A stretch of DNA of 64,000 bases from Ostrea edulis. Taxonomy: Eukaryota. The notes under the pieces are model-generated. The model was not told where the DNA came from. It was given only the letters and a program-made list of their open reading frames with translations, and did no database searches. This document shows, one piece after another, positions 34,575-47,200 of the stretch (position 1 is the stretch's first letter; the number at the start of each line of letters is the position of its first letter). A program made the position numbers and the translations under genes. The stretch covers positions 101,928,001-101,992,000 of the forward strand of contig NC_079164.1 in NCBI RefSeq assembly GCF_947568905.1, written 5' to 3'.

Positions 34575-35291
34575 CTAGTACATGTTTAGTCGTGTGGACA
34601 GAGTTAGGAGGGAGTTTTGTTGTAAGGGGAGGGGGTGGGGTAGGGGAGAGTGATAGTGAACACTGTGACTGGAGGATGGTTCTGCTGCTTCCTTACGTGG
34701 TAAGGTCGATTCACTATTGGCCAATGAAGATGGTGATTGTTGGGGAGTGGATCTCTGGTCTTGAGAGGTGGGTGTAACACGAGAACTACTGCTGGTGTGC
34801 GGTAGATGTGGCGAGGACTGGTGGTGTTCTTGTGGGGTGGGTCTCGTTGATGGCAGCAGGTGGTTCAGATGTCCTGCACTGTTCTGTGCATTATGTTGAA
34901 GATGAGATATAAATGATGGTGACATCAGGGAGGGGGACATGGTGGAAGATATGAGAGACAGCGGGGGGAGAGAATGTGGTGGCATCAGCGACGTCTGCAC
35001 ATGAGGAGACGAGGACAGAAGTGTAGTGGACGATATATTGCTAGATTGTTCAGAGGACATGTTGGGCGAAAGTTGATTTGATTCAAGTGGCCTTGACAAA
35101 GTGTCCTTGTGAAGGTCAATAAAACGACTAAAGTTTGATGTCCTTGGGTCACTAATGAAGGACAGTGGTACAGAGCTTCCCTTGTCCTTGGTCAGATCTG
35201 CTTTGGAATTATTAGTACTGGACTGGCGTGGTTTCCGTGGTTTGTATGGAAGTGGATAGGGGCCTTCAAAGGGACGCACATTTACATGCAT
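34575..35291 (-). CDS. Zinc-finger gene terminal coding exon
   Basis: cttgtag|ATG CAT supplies the last His of finger 4; 238 codons to the stop. Confidence 0.9.
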   Translation of the reverse strand: MHVNVRPFEGPYPLPYKPRKPRQSSTNNSKADLTKDKGSSVPLSFISDPRTSNFSRFIDLHKDTLSRPLESNQLSPNMSSEQSSNISSTTLLSSSPHVQTSLMPPHSLPPLSLISSTMSPSLMSPSFISHLQHNAQNSAGHLNHLLPSTRPTPQEHHQSSPHLPHTSSSSRVTPTSQDQRSTPQQSPSSLANSESTLPRKEAAEPSSSHSVHYHSPLPHPLPLQQNSLLTLSTRLNMY

Positions 35292-38200
35292 CTACAAGCA
35301 GAAACATTCACTGACAAAGACATGAAACAATAAATTCAAGATAATGAAGTGACACATCGTTCATCAGAGTTACCTTGCTTTTCCAGATATATACTAGTAT
35401 CTTACAAGATTTGCTATTCTGTTGGAAGTCATTTCAAAGCGGAATGCCTAGAGGCCTCTGAGGGTGCAAAACTTGGAGGGAACAAAACACATTCTTAGAC
35501 TAACTTACACATATTCATGCCTTCAATAGGGGATTAGTTTGCCAGCCAGCTAGTCCTCCCCTCACTACCTTTAGTAAATATCTGAGGCCCAACCCTAGTA
35601 AACTATGTTACTGGTAAGCAATTTTGAGGCCCCCATCCTAGTAAATGCAGTCTGATTAAAACCAGATCTTTGATCCACTCTGATATTCTGATGTCACTAA
35701 CATAAAGATCTGAAGACATTCCATATAGGGTCACATCAGAATGAACTTTAGATAAACCAATCAAATCATTGCTGGCGAAATCATCAGAGGTAGGAACAAG
35801 TGACAGTGAATCCCCAAGTGTTCCGGATAATGACTTGGGAAGGAACCATAAATGCTGAATTCAACATGTAAGAATAAATTTGATTGGTTCTTGTAGATTG
35901 GATGACCTTAGGTCATCAAAGTGCATGCAGACAGAACCCTATACAGGAAATCTTCGGATCTTTGTATTACCGACATCAGAATATTGGAGTGGATCAAAGA
36001 TCTGGTTTAAATAAGACTGTAGTAAATCTGCCTTCATATCTTAATGGTGTGGTTTCTAAAAGGACTTAGTATTATTACCTTAATAGTGTGGGTTTTTTTT
36101 TTTTACACCCCCCCCCACTAGAAAATGTACCTTAATGGTGTGGTTTCTAAGCCCCACCCCCTCCCCAGTAACTATACTTTAATGGTGTGGTTTTTAACCC
36201 CCCCCCCCCCCCCCCCCCCCCGTAATAGTAAATATACTTTAATGTTGTGGTTTTTGAGCCCACCCTTTAATAAATGTACCTTAATGGTGTGGTTTTTGAG
36301 CCCCTCCTCCCCATTCCCCAGTAACAGTAAATATACTTTAGTGGTGTGGTTTTTAAGCCCACCCCTTAATAAATGTACCTTAATGGTGTGGTTTTTAGCC
36401 CCCCCCCCTCCCCAGTAACAGTAAATATACTTTAGTGGTGTGGTTTTTAAGCCCCCCCCCCTCCTCCCCAGTAACAGTAAATATACTTTAACGGTGTGGT
36501 TTTTGAGCCCCCCCCCCCCCCTCCCCAGTAACAGTACATATACTTTAATGGTGTGGTTTTTAAGGCCCCCCTCCCCATTAACAGTAAATATACTATAATG
36601 GTGTGGTTTTTAAGCCCCCCGCCCCTCCCCAGTAACAGTAAATATACTTTAATGGTGTGGTTTTTCACCCCACCCCCCCCTAACAGTAAACATACTTTAA
36701 AGATGTGGTTCTTTATTTTGAGCCCTCCCCCTTAGTAAATATATTTTAATGGTGTGGTTTTTGAGCCCCCCACCCCACCCCACCCCCACAACAGTAAATA
36801 TACTTTAATGGTGTGGTTTTTGAGCCCCCCACCCCACCCCACCCCACCCCCCACAACAGTAAATATACTTTAATGGTGTGGTTTTTGAGGCCCCCCCCCA
36901 ATAACAGTAAATATACTTTATTGGTGCGGTTTTTCAGCTCCCCCCCCCCCCCCCCCCATCATAGTAAATATACTTTAAAGGTGTGGTTTTTTATTTTGAG
37001 CCCTCCCCCTTAGTAAATATACTTTAATGATGTGGTTTTTGAGCCCTCCCCTTTAGTAAATGTACCTTAATGGTGTGGTTTTTTAGACTGCTTTCATTGG
37101 TGTAGGCTCGGCTACAGACAGAACACTGGTACTGTTTGTTAGCTGCTTTTTTCACATGGTCCTCATGGTTCCTCATGTGGTGATGGAGATTGGCCATCTG
37201 AGCAAAGGCCCGCTCACAACCATCAAAACAACACCGATACGGCTTCTCACCTACAACACATACAATACACTAATACCTACTCACACCCATCAATAACTTA
37301 AGCTAGGGCTTATTTTTCTGTTGCTAATAGTTAACTTTTATGTTGCTTGGGGTTACTTTATTTTTGCTATATGTAATCTTTATGTTGCTAGGGGTCAATT
37401 TACTGTTGCTATGGCTTACTTTTCTGTTGCTGTAGGTAACCTTAATGTTGCTATGGGTTACTTTACTGTTGCTATGGCTTACTTTTCTGTTGCTGTAGGT
37501 AACCTTAATGTTGCTATGGGTTACTTTGCTGTTGCTATGGCTTACTTTTCTGTTGCTATAGATGACCTTTATGTTGCTAAGGGTTACTTTACTGCTATGG
37601 CTTACTTTTCTGTTGCTATAGGTAACCTTAATGTTGCTATGGGTTACTTTATTGTTGCTATGGCTTACTTTTCTGTTGCTATAGGTAACATTTATGTTGC
37701 TAAGGGTTACTTTGCTATTGCTATGGCTTACTTTTCTGTTGCTATAGATAACCTTTATGTTGCTAAGGGTTACTTTTCTGTTGCTATAGGTAACCTTTAC
37801 GTTGCCATGGTATATAAACATTGCTATGGGTTACCTGTGTGTATCCTTAGGTGTTGCTGCAAGTGACAGAGCTGCTTGAATCCTTTATCACAGAAGGAAC
37901 ATATGTGTTTGCGTATCCCACTGTGCACCAATGTATGCTGAGCCAACTGCTGCTTGCTCTTAAAGCCCTTGCTACAGTTAGGACAGATGTGTGTCCGGTC
38001 AGGATGGATGCTGGAATTGACCTCCATATATTGCTGGTCATTTGAGGTCAGCTGATGGTTGTCTGTGGCCATATCAGAGCTGTCCGCAGGGTGACGCAGG
38101 CTCAGGTCTACAAGATTAGGACAGGATGCCTATCATTCAGGTGAGATCAAAATGTCAAACAAACTCTGGAAGTAATTTTTACTACAAATGGGAATATCGA

Positions 38201-41200
38201 CCATACTTTCTGGTTTATCCTTCTGAACTTGACTCAAGCCAGAATTCTCCTCTATTTCTTTATGAAACTTGGGGAAAAGCTACCTAACCTAGCACAAAGA
38301 TATGTAATATTATCATGGTAAAACTTCAAGTTTAATGAAGAAGATTTTGGCAAGATTTTTAAGGAGTTACCGTGAAATCATTTTAATTCGTGCGGGCCAA
38401 TGTTCATGGATAAGCAAAATATTGCTGGTTCATGGGGACGTAATTTCATGGGTAAACGATGTGATGTCACTAGGAGAGATAACTCTACTTGGTTTAAAAA
38501 AATGTTCGAGTACACATAAATTCGTGGGTAAGAGTGACCCATGAAATCCAGGAACATCAATCCCCCCACCCACAATGATGATTCCACAGTAAATATCTGA
38601 TTTAAATAAAAACTTTCAGAATACTCTTAACACAAAGATCTGTGGTTTCTGTTGATTTTTTTTCTGTTCAAAGGTTCAAGGACAAGGTCACTGCAGGCTT
38701 ATGGATAGCTCATTCTACAGTCTTCATTCATCAATTGTGTGTATAATTTTTAAATTAGGCTCACAGAAAATCTAACCTCTTCTAAAAGGAAATTGATACA
38801 AAATAAAAAAAATAAAATAATTGAGGCATGGCTCTATATATAAATTTTGGCTTATTTTGGTTGTAATAAGTACAAATGTAAAATTTCTAAGAATTAAGGC
38901 ATTTTTGAATTTTCAATAATGTTCAAAAGTTGAAATATATCACCCCTCCTGAATATACATAATTTCACTCTGTACAAATTGTCCCCAATGTTTTGGACTA
39001 ATTGAGAAATCATGGGAATAAATTACATTCTATATATTCATTTACTTATAAAAGCATAATTCTAGTTTTCAATTCCATCATTTCAGAAATAAAATTCTGT
39101 TTGTAGCAGATGTCATTAAGGACAGATAAACTGAGTACAAGAGCTCTACGGAGCACATTACTAACCTCAGCTACTACACATAGCACACTGTTAACCTCAG
39201 CTACTACACGGAGCACATTGCTAACCTCTGCTACTACACTCAGCTACTACACATAGCACATTGCTAACCTCAGCTACTACACGGAGCACACTGCTAACCT
39301 CAGCTACTACACGGAGCACATTGCTAACCTCAGCTACTACATATAGCACATTGCTAACCTCAGCTACTACACTCAGCTACTACACATAGCACACTGCTAA
39401 CCTCAGCTACTACACAGCACATTGCTAACCTCAGCTACTACACAGACATTGCTAATCTCAGCTACTACACGGAGGACATTGCTAACCTCAGCTACTACAC
39501 GGAGCACACTGCTAACCTCAGCTACTACACAGACATTGCTAACCTCAGCTACTACACGGAGCACACTGCTAACCTCAGCTACTACACTCAGCTACTACAC
39601 ATAGCACATTGCTAACCTCAGCTACTACACATAGCACACTGCTAACCTCAGCTACTACACATAGCACATTACTAACCTCAGCTACTACACATAGCACATT
39701 GCTAACCTCAGCTACTACACAGACATTGCTAACCTCAGCTACTACACAGAGCACATTGCTAACCTCAGCTACTACACATAGCACACTGCTAACCTCAGCT
39801 ACTACACATAGCACATTACTAACCTCAGCTACTACACATAGCACATTACTAACCTCAGCTACTACACAGACATTGCTAACCTCAGCTACTACACATAGCA
39901 CATTGCTAACCTCAGCTACTACACATAGCACACTGCTAACCTCAGCTACTACACATAGCACATTACTAACCTCAGCTACTACACATAGCACATTACTAAC
40001 CTCAGCTACTACACAGCACATTACTAACCTCAGCTACTACACATAGCACACTGCTAACCTCAGCTACTACACATAGCACATTGCTAATCTCAGCTACTAC
40101 ATGGAGCACATTGCTAACCTCAGCTACTACACATAGCACACTACTAACCTCAGCTACTACACATAGCACATTACTAACCTCAGCTACTACACGGAGCACA
40201 TTGCTAACCTCTGCTACTACACTCACCTACTACACATAGCACATTGCTAACCTCAGCTACTACACGGAGCACACTGCTAACCTCAGCTACTACATGGAGC
40301 ACATTGCTAACCTCAGTTACTACATATAGCACATTGCTAACCTCAGCTACTACACTCAGCTACTACACATAGCACACTGCTAACCTCAGCTACTACACAG
40401 CACATTGCTAACCTCAGCTACTACACGGAGCACACTGCTAACCTCAGCTACTACACATAGCACATTGCTAACCTCAGCTACTACATATAGCACATTGCTA
40501 ACCTCAGCTACTACACGGAGCACATTGCTAACCTCAGCTACTACACATAGCACACTGCTAACCTCAGCTACTACACTCAGCTACTACATATAGCACATTG
40601 CTAACCTCAGCTACTACACTCAGCTACTACACGGAGCACATTGCTAACCTCAGCTACTACACATAGCACATTGCTAACCTCAGCTACTACATATAGCACA
40701 TTGCTAACCTCAGCTACTACACATAGCACACTGCTAACCTCAGCTACTACACATAGCACACTGCTAACCTCAGCTACTACACATAGCACACTGCTAACCT
40801 CAGCTACTACACATAGCACACTGCTAACCTCAGCTACTACACATAGCACATTGCTAACCTCAGCTACTACACATAGCACACTGCTAACCTCAGTTACTAC
40901 ACATAGCACACTGCTAACCTCAGCTACTACACATAGCACACTGCTAACCTCAGCTACTACACATAGCACACTGCTAACCTCAGCTACTACATATAGCACA
41001 CTGCTAACCTCAGCTACTACACATAGCACATTGCTAACCTCAACTACTACACTCAGCTACTACACGGAGCACATTGCTAACCTCAGCTACTACACATAGC
41101 ACACTGCTAATCTCAGCTACTACACGGAGGACATTGCTAACCTCAGCTACTACACAGACATTGCTAACCTCAGCTACTACACAGACATTGCTAACCTCAG

Positions 41201-44200
41201 CTACTACACGGAGCACACTACTAACCTCAGTTACTACACTCAGCTACTACACGGAGCACATTGCTAACCTCAGCTACTACACTCAGCTACTACACATAGC
41301 ACATTGCTAACCTCAGCTACTACACTCAGCTACTACACGGAGCACATTGCTAACCTCAGCTACTACACTCAGCTACTACACATAGCACATTGCTAACCTC
41401 AGCTACTACACTCAGCTACTACACGGAGCACATTGCTAACCTCAGCTACTACACTCAGCTACTACACATAGCACACTGCTAACCTCAGCTACTACACTCA
41501 GCTACTACACATAGCACATTGCTAACCTCAGCTACTACACTCAGCTACTACACATAGCACACTGTTAACCTCAGCTACTACACGGAGCACACTGCTAACC
41601 TCAGCTACTACACAGACATTGCTAACCTCAGCTACTACACGGAGCACATTGCTAACCTCATCTACTACACGGAGCACACTGCTAACCTCAGCTACTACAC
41701 TCAGCTACTACACATAGCACATTGCTAACCTCAGCTACTACACGGAGCACACTGCTAACCTCAGCTACTACACGGAGCACATTGCTAACCTCAGCTACTA
41801 CACGGAGCACATTGCTAACCTCAACTACTACACGGAGAACATTGCTAACCTCAGCTACTACACTCAGCTACTACACAGACATTGCTAACCTCAGCTACTA
41901 CACGGAGCACACTGCTAACCTCAACTACTACACAGAGCACACTGCTAACCTCAGCTATTACACGGAGCACACTGCTAACCTCAACTACTACACAGAGCAC
42001 ACTGCTAACCTCAGCTATTACACGGAGCACATTGCTAACCTCAGCTACTACACTCAGCTACTACACGGAGCACACTGCTAACCTCAGCTACTACACGGAG
42101 CACATTGCTAACCTCAGCTACTACACGGAGCACATTGCTAACCTCAGCTACTACATATAGCACATTGCTAACCTCAGCTACTACACTCAGCTACTACACA
42201 TAGCACACTGCTAACCTCAGCTACTACACAGCACATTGCTAACCTCAACTACTACACGGAGCACTTTGCTAACCTCAGCTACTACTATTCCCACATAAAA
42301 CATCAAATTTCAATTGTACCCCTTCTTATTATAATGCCTAGGGTTATGCTGTGAACAAACCTGAAACCTAAATCAATTTCAAAAATTGCCCTCTGTGGTT
42401 TTCGATAAAATTGAAGATTCACTCTTTATAAAAAATTCTTGTGAAATAGTTTCACCTCATTTGTGGCCCTGCCCTGACCCTGAACAAATTTGAACTTTCT
42501 CTAAGTGAGGATTTTCGTTGATTTGACATATTCTACCACTGTGGTTCCTGAGAATATTTTTTTTAAGAATGTTCCTATATATAATCCTATACATTGTTCC
42601 CCTTTGGTGCCCCTCCTTAGCCTCGGATGCCACGGCTTGAACAAACTCCAATCTTCATTATATGGAATCTTTTACACATTACAAGTTCTGCCTTCAATGC
42701 CTCAGTAGTTCTTGAGAAGATTTTTAAGCACCCCATCTTACTTTCACTCACTGATCTCCCAATGGATAAAATTGATCATATTTTGCTCAAGAAAATGAAA
42801 ATGTGAAAAGTTACCGATGACAGACTATATGGGCAAAGTTTAATCAGACAAAGCTCAATTGAGATAAAAATTGTCATCATATCAATGTTACTATGGTTAC
42901 AGTTGTTTAAGTAAGGGAATACAATGACAAAATATTGAAATGCTTTTTAATGTGTGAAGTATGTGCACTGATCCATTTTCATTCCACAAATCTAATTCTA
43001 TTTCACCAACACAAGAAAAAAATCAAATATCTGTATTTGCATAATACAAAGTGCAATATAAAATTCAATACTAAAGTTCCCTATTCTTACATCATTGACA
43101 CGAGACAGAATTTCATTTCAAACACTAATTCAAAACAACAGCACATATCACTATGGTAACTGCTTAAAGGACATGGTGCAATTTTGGTCATAGTTGGCCT
43201 TGAAAGCAAACATTACTGGTTTTTTATTTATTTTTCACTTTAAAATGTTTGTTCCCTTTCGGGAAATCTTTATCATCTGAAGTGTTCAAAATAATCTTCA
43301 TAACTGTATATTATTAAATCATGGAATCAATTTAATTTTTGGAATTTACATACCGTCAGAAAAAACAACTAACTATAATAACATTGATGTGACTAATTCA
43401 GCATGGTATATAATTTGATTTTATTATTGTTAGTTGTGATTAAAGACTCTGAGGTATTCAATGTATAATGACCATATTTCATATCTAATAAATGGATGGT
43501 GGAATTTTTGTAATCATGGTATCATTTTGAAGGGTTCATCGAATAAAAATAATCCACCATAGGAATTTTCAAAATTTTGTTTACTGCTTGATTTATTTCA
43601 CCTAGAATTTAACATTGAAGTATATGGGAAAAGCATGTTTTATTACAATATTTTAAAAAGAAATTATATTTTCATACCAATCTCTTGGTAGAAAGTTACA
43701 TACACTTTCTCTTAATGAAAATATGAAATAAAATTAATCATTGACCACACACATTTTTAGAAAATTAGATTTTTCTTATTTTTACAAAGGGCAGACAACT
43801 CTTCCAAAAAGTCTTAAGTGCAAAAAGGTCAGTGCAAAAAGGTCAGCTTCTAATCATTTACCAGTCATGTGAATTTCATCTGCTTCACTTTCATCATTAT
43901 TTAACAATAAACATTTATGTTGATCTAAATCCTTCAAAATTGTTCATTATCCTTTCATTATACATGGAATACCTTAAATAACATTACTGTTTTGACATCT
44001 TGTTATACATGATGTCATGCATTCAATACACATTCTTACGAGGTAGACAATTATTTTTTCACCATCAAGATCAGTTCATTAATGAAAATATGCTATTTTT
44101 AAAATATGAAAGTGGATGTGTCTAAGCAAAAACAAATGCCCCTGCCTAAGGGCCATAACTCTGCCAAAAGCCATCCACCCAGATTTATATATATGCATAT

Positions 44201-47200
44201 TCTCATGATTTAAACAATAAAAATGCTTTCTTTGTTGTTTCATTGGGTGATGAAGCATTAGTGGGGAATGCTATTTTTTCTGCAATGATTGTAAGTTACC
44301 TTCATCACCTGATTAAACAACAAAGAAAGACATTTTATTTTTCATATTTTAATGTATTTTTCAAAAATATAAACTCGACTTAAGTACTGAAATATCATAT
44401 CATCGACCCATTTGTTACTATTTACGTAAATGGAACAGCCAATACACCTTTTCATCTTGACGACACTCCATACTTGGTAATGAATATGTGGTACTAAAAC
44501 AATGGATCAAACTAGTTTGCAACAAACACATTAATTGTCTATGATGAAACCAATGTCAATTTCTAAAGAAACTAAATGTTTTACCACGTACATTTTCCAT
44601 AGTTTTTTTGCCCAAAAAATTCTATTATTTGACTTTTAAATAAAATGTCAAGTTCAAAGATCATCAAAATTGGCATGTAATACATTGTTTTATCATGGTA
44701 TATCCACATACCAAATATCAAAGGCCTATGTCAAAAAACTAAAGTTATGGTACTGACAAAACAAGAGGCCCATGGGCCTAGAATCGCTCTTCTGATACAT
44801 TGTAGAACAGGCAAATATTCTCACTAACCAAGATTCATCAATTAACAAAGTTTGATGATGTTAAGTCAAATAGTACCTGAAAATTTAAATGTAACTGTCC
44901 AAACATAGGTCACGGTGACCTACTTTTGGTTGACACACTGAAGACTCAAGATGCATCAACTGACAAGTCAAATAGTATTCAAATATAGCCATCAAATTCC
45001 AAAAGAAGGCCACAGTGACCTACTTTTTGGTTGACACACTCCAAAGACTCAAGATGCATCAACTGACAAAGTTTGATAATTGAAGTCAAATAGTATCTGA
45101 AATATTCAGATATAAACATCAAATTCCAAAAGTAGGTCACAGTGACCTACTTTTTGGTCGACACACTCTGAAGACTCCAGACCCATCAACTGACAAAGTT
45201 TGATGATTGTAAGTCAAATAGTATCTGAAATATTCAAATATAGCCGTTAAAATCCAAAAATAGGTCACGGTGACCTACTTTTTAGTCAACACACTCTGAA
45301 GACTCAACATGCATCAACTGACAAAGTTTGATAATTGAAGTCAAATAGTATCCGAAATATTAAAATATAGCCGTCAAATTCCAAAAGTAGGTCATGGTGA
45401 CCTACTTTTTAGTCAACAAACTATGAAGACTCAAGATGCATCAACTGACAAAGTTTGATGATCCTAGCTTTCATAGTGTCCAAAATATGCATCTAAAATT
45501 GAAAATGTGAAGTTTGAATCTCTGCAAAATTCAAAAAGTAGGTCACTGTGACCTACTTTTTTTAAAAAAAATAATATGTTTTGAGGCCTCTAGACGCATC
45601 AACTTACAAGGTTCAATGATTCTAAATCTCTCGGTATCTGAAATAACAACCTAAAATGTATTCATAAATGATTAGCCATAAAATTCAGAAAGTAGGTCAT
45701 GGTGACATACTTTTCACATGACGCACTTCAAGGTCCCATGATCCATCAACTGACAACTTTTGATGATCATAGGCTCAAAAGTGTCCAAGATATGCATCAA
45801 AATCCATTTAATAATAATTACCTGCGAAATTCAAAACGTAGGTCACCATGACCTACTTTTGAGACAACATGATATTAGGTCCTAAGATGCATCAACTGAC
45901 AAAATTTGATGATCCTAGTCCTTATCCTAAGCAAAATATCAAAGTTTTTTAACAAACAAAATTTAAGGTCAACTTTGAAGTGACCTTGAGACCACACCCT
46001 TTGCCCCAGGATAATGCCTTGAACAATTTATTTATCTACAACTTATGCTCATCCTTATGCATAAGTTTGGTGATAATTTGCCCAGTGGTTCTTGAGAAGA
46101 AGATTTTTTAGCAACCACTACTTTTGTTTGCATTTTCCTAATTATCTTCCTTTGTTAAAAGGTCACAACCCTAGTTTTAGTACAAATCAAAGCCCTTGGG
46201 CCAAGGATACCCTGTGACAAATTTGACAAAAATTGGCCAAGGGGTTCTTGAGATATAACCCTTTTCCCAAAAAGTTGACGCACACCGCACGCCAGACATA
46301 TGGCCATATGATTAGCTCTTTGAGCCTTCAGCTCAGAAGAGCTAAAAAGCCTCAAAAATTCTATTGATTGACCTTTATGTAAAAGGTCAGTGTCAAAGGT
46401 CACCAAAATGGTACGCAACACATATATATCATTACTACAGTAACTTGATCTGAAGAGTTGGATCACGTGAAGTTGACAGGCACAGATTATCAGATCACAC
46501 AAGACACAGAGTCAAGTTGGATCTGATGATCTATGCCATTCAACAAGACATAATCCAACTCTTCGGATCAAATTACTGTAGTAATGATGAATTTATTATA
46601 TACTCCCTTATGCATTTCATTTATAAGATGCTAAATGTAATCCAAATTATCAAAAACAGACATGCAGTTTTGTTTGTGACATGGTTGATATTTCCCACAC
46701 AAAAAAAGTTGCTTTGATACATTGTAACGTCATCAGTTTCAGAGGATACTGATACAGAATAAGAAAACCAGTGTGGTGATCCAAAAATTCGGATCAAACT
46801 CTGAAATTAACAATATCAAAAAACGATACATTGATGGGTACATAATAAACTGTTTTATCATGGTATACCCACATACCAAATATCAAAGGCCTATGTCAAA
46901 AGACAAAAAAGTTATGGCCCGGACAAACTTTTATGAGAAACGGAAGAATTCACACTTCTGGGCAGGGGAGACATGATATAAGGGAAAAGATTCTGTGAAT
47001 GTAAATACATATCTATATCCCAAATTTTAATTCAAATCATCCACGTATGACTGATTTAATGAGTGGAAACTGTGATATATTTGAAATTTTTCGAAGTCCA
47101 TGGGCCTAAACTCTGCCAAAAACTATTTAATTGAAACCACATACCAACTTGACCTGCATATTTTCAGGTTGTTTCTCTATCCCAAATTTCAATTCAAAGA

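Noticed and set aside
37321-37866. 181-aa hydrophobic plus-strand ORF and 165-aa minus-strand ORF
   Set aside because: A 21-bp intronic minisatellite between two well-supported zinc-finger exons.
39422-42160. ORFs LLTSATTHST... and VVAEVSNVLC... as mucin-like or membrane proteins
   Set aside because: They are translations of a 30-bp minisatellite within an intron, broken by frame-shifting unit variants, with no splice or start context.
24880-44560. Inverted similarity between ~24900-25330 and ~44200-44560 as part of a giant palindrome
   Set aside because: Patchy, diverged matches not collinear with the other inverted pair; better explained as dispersed copies of one repeat family.
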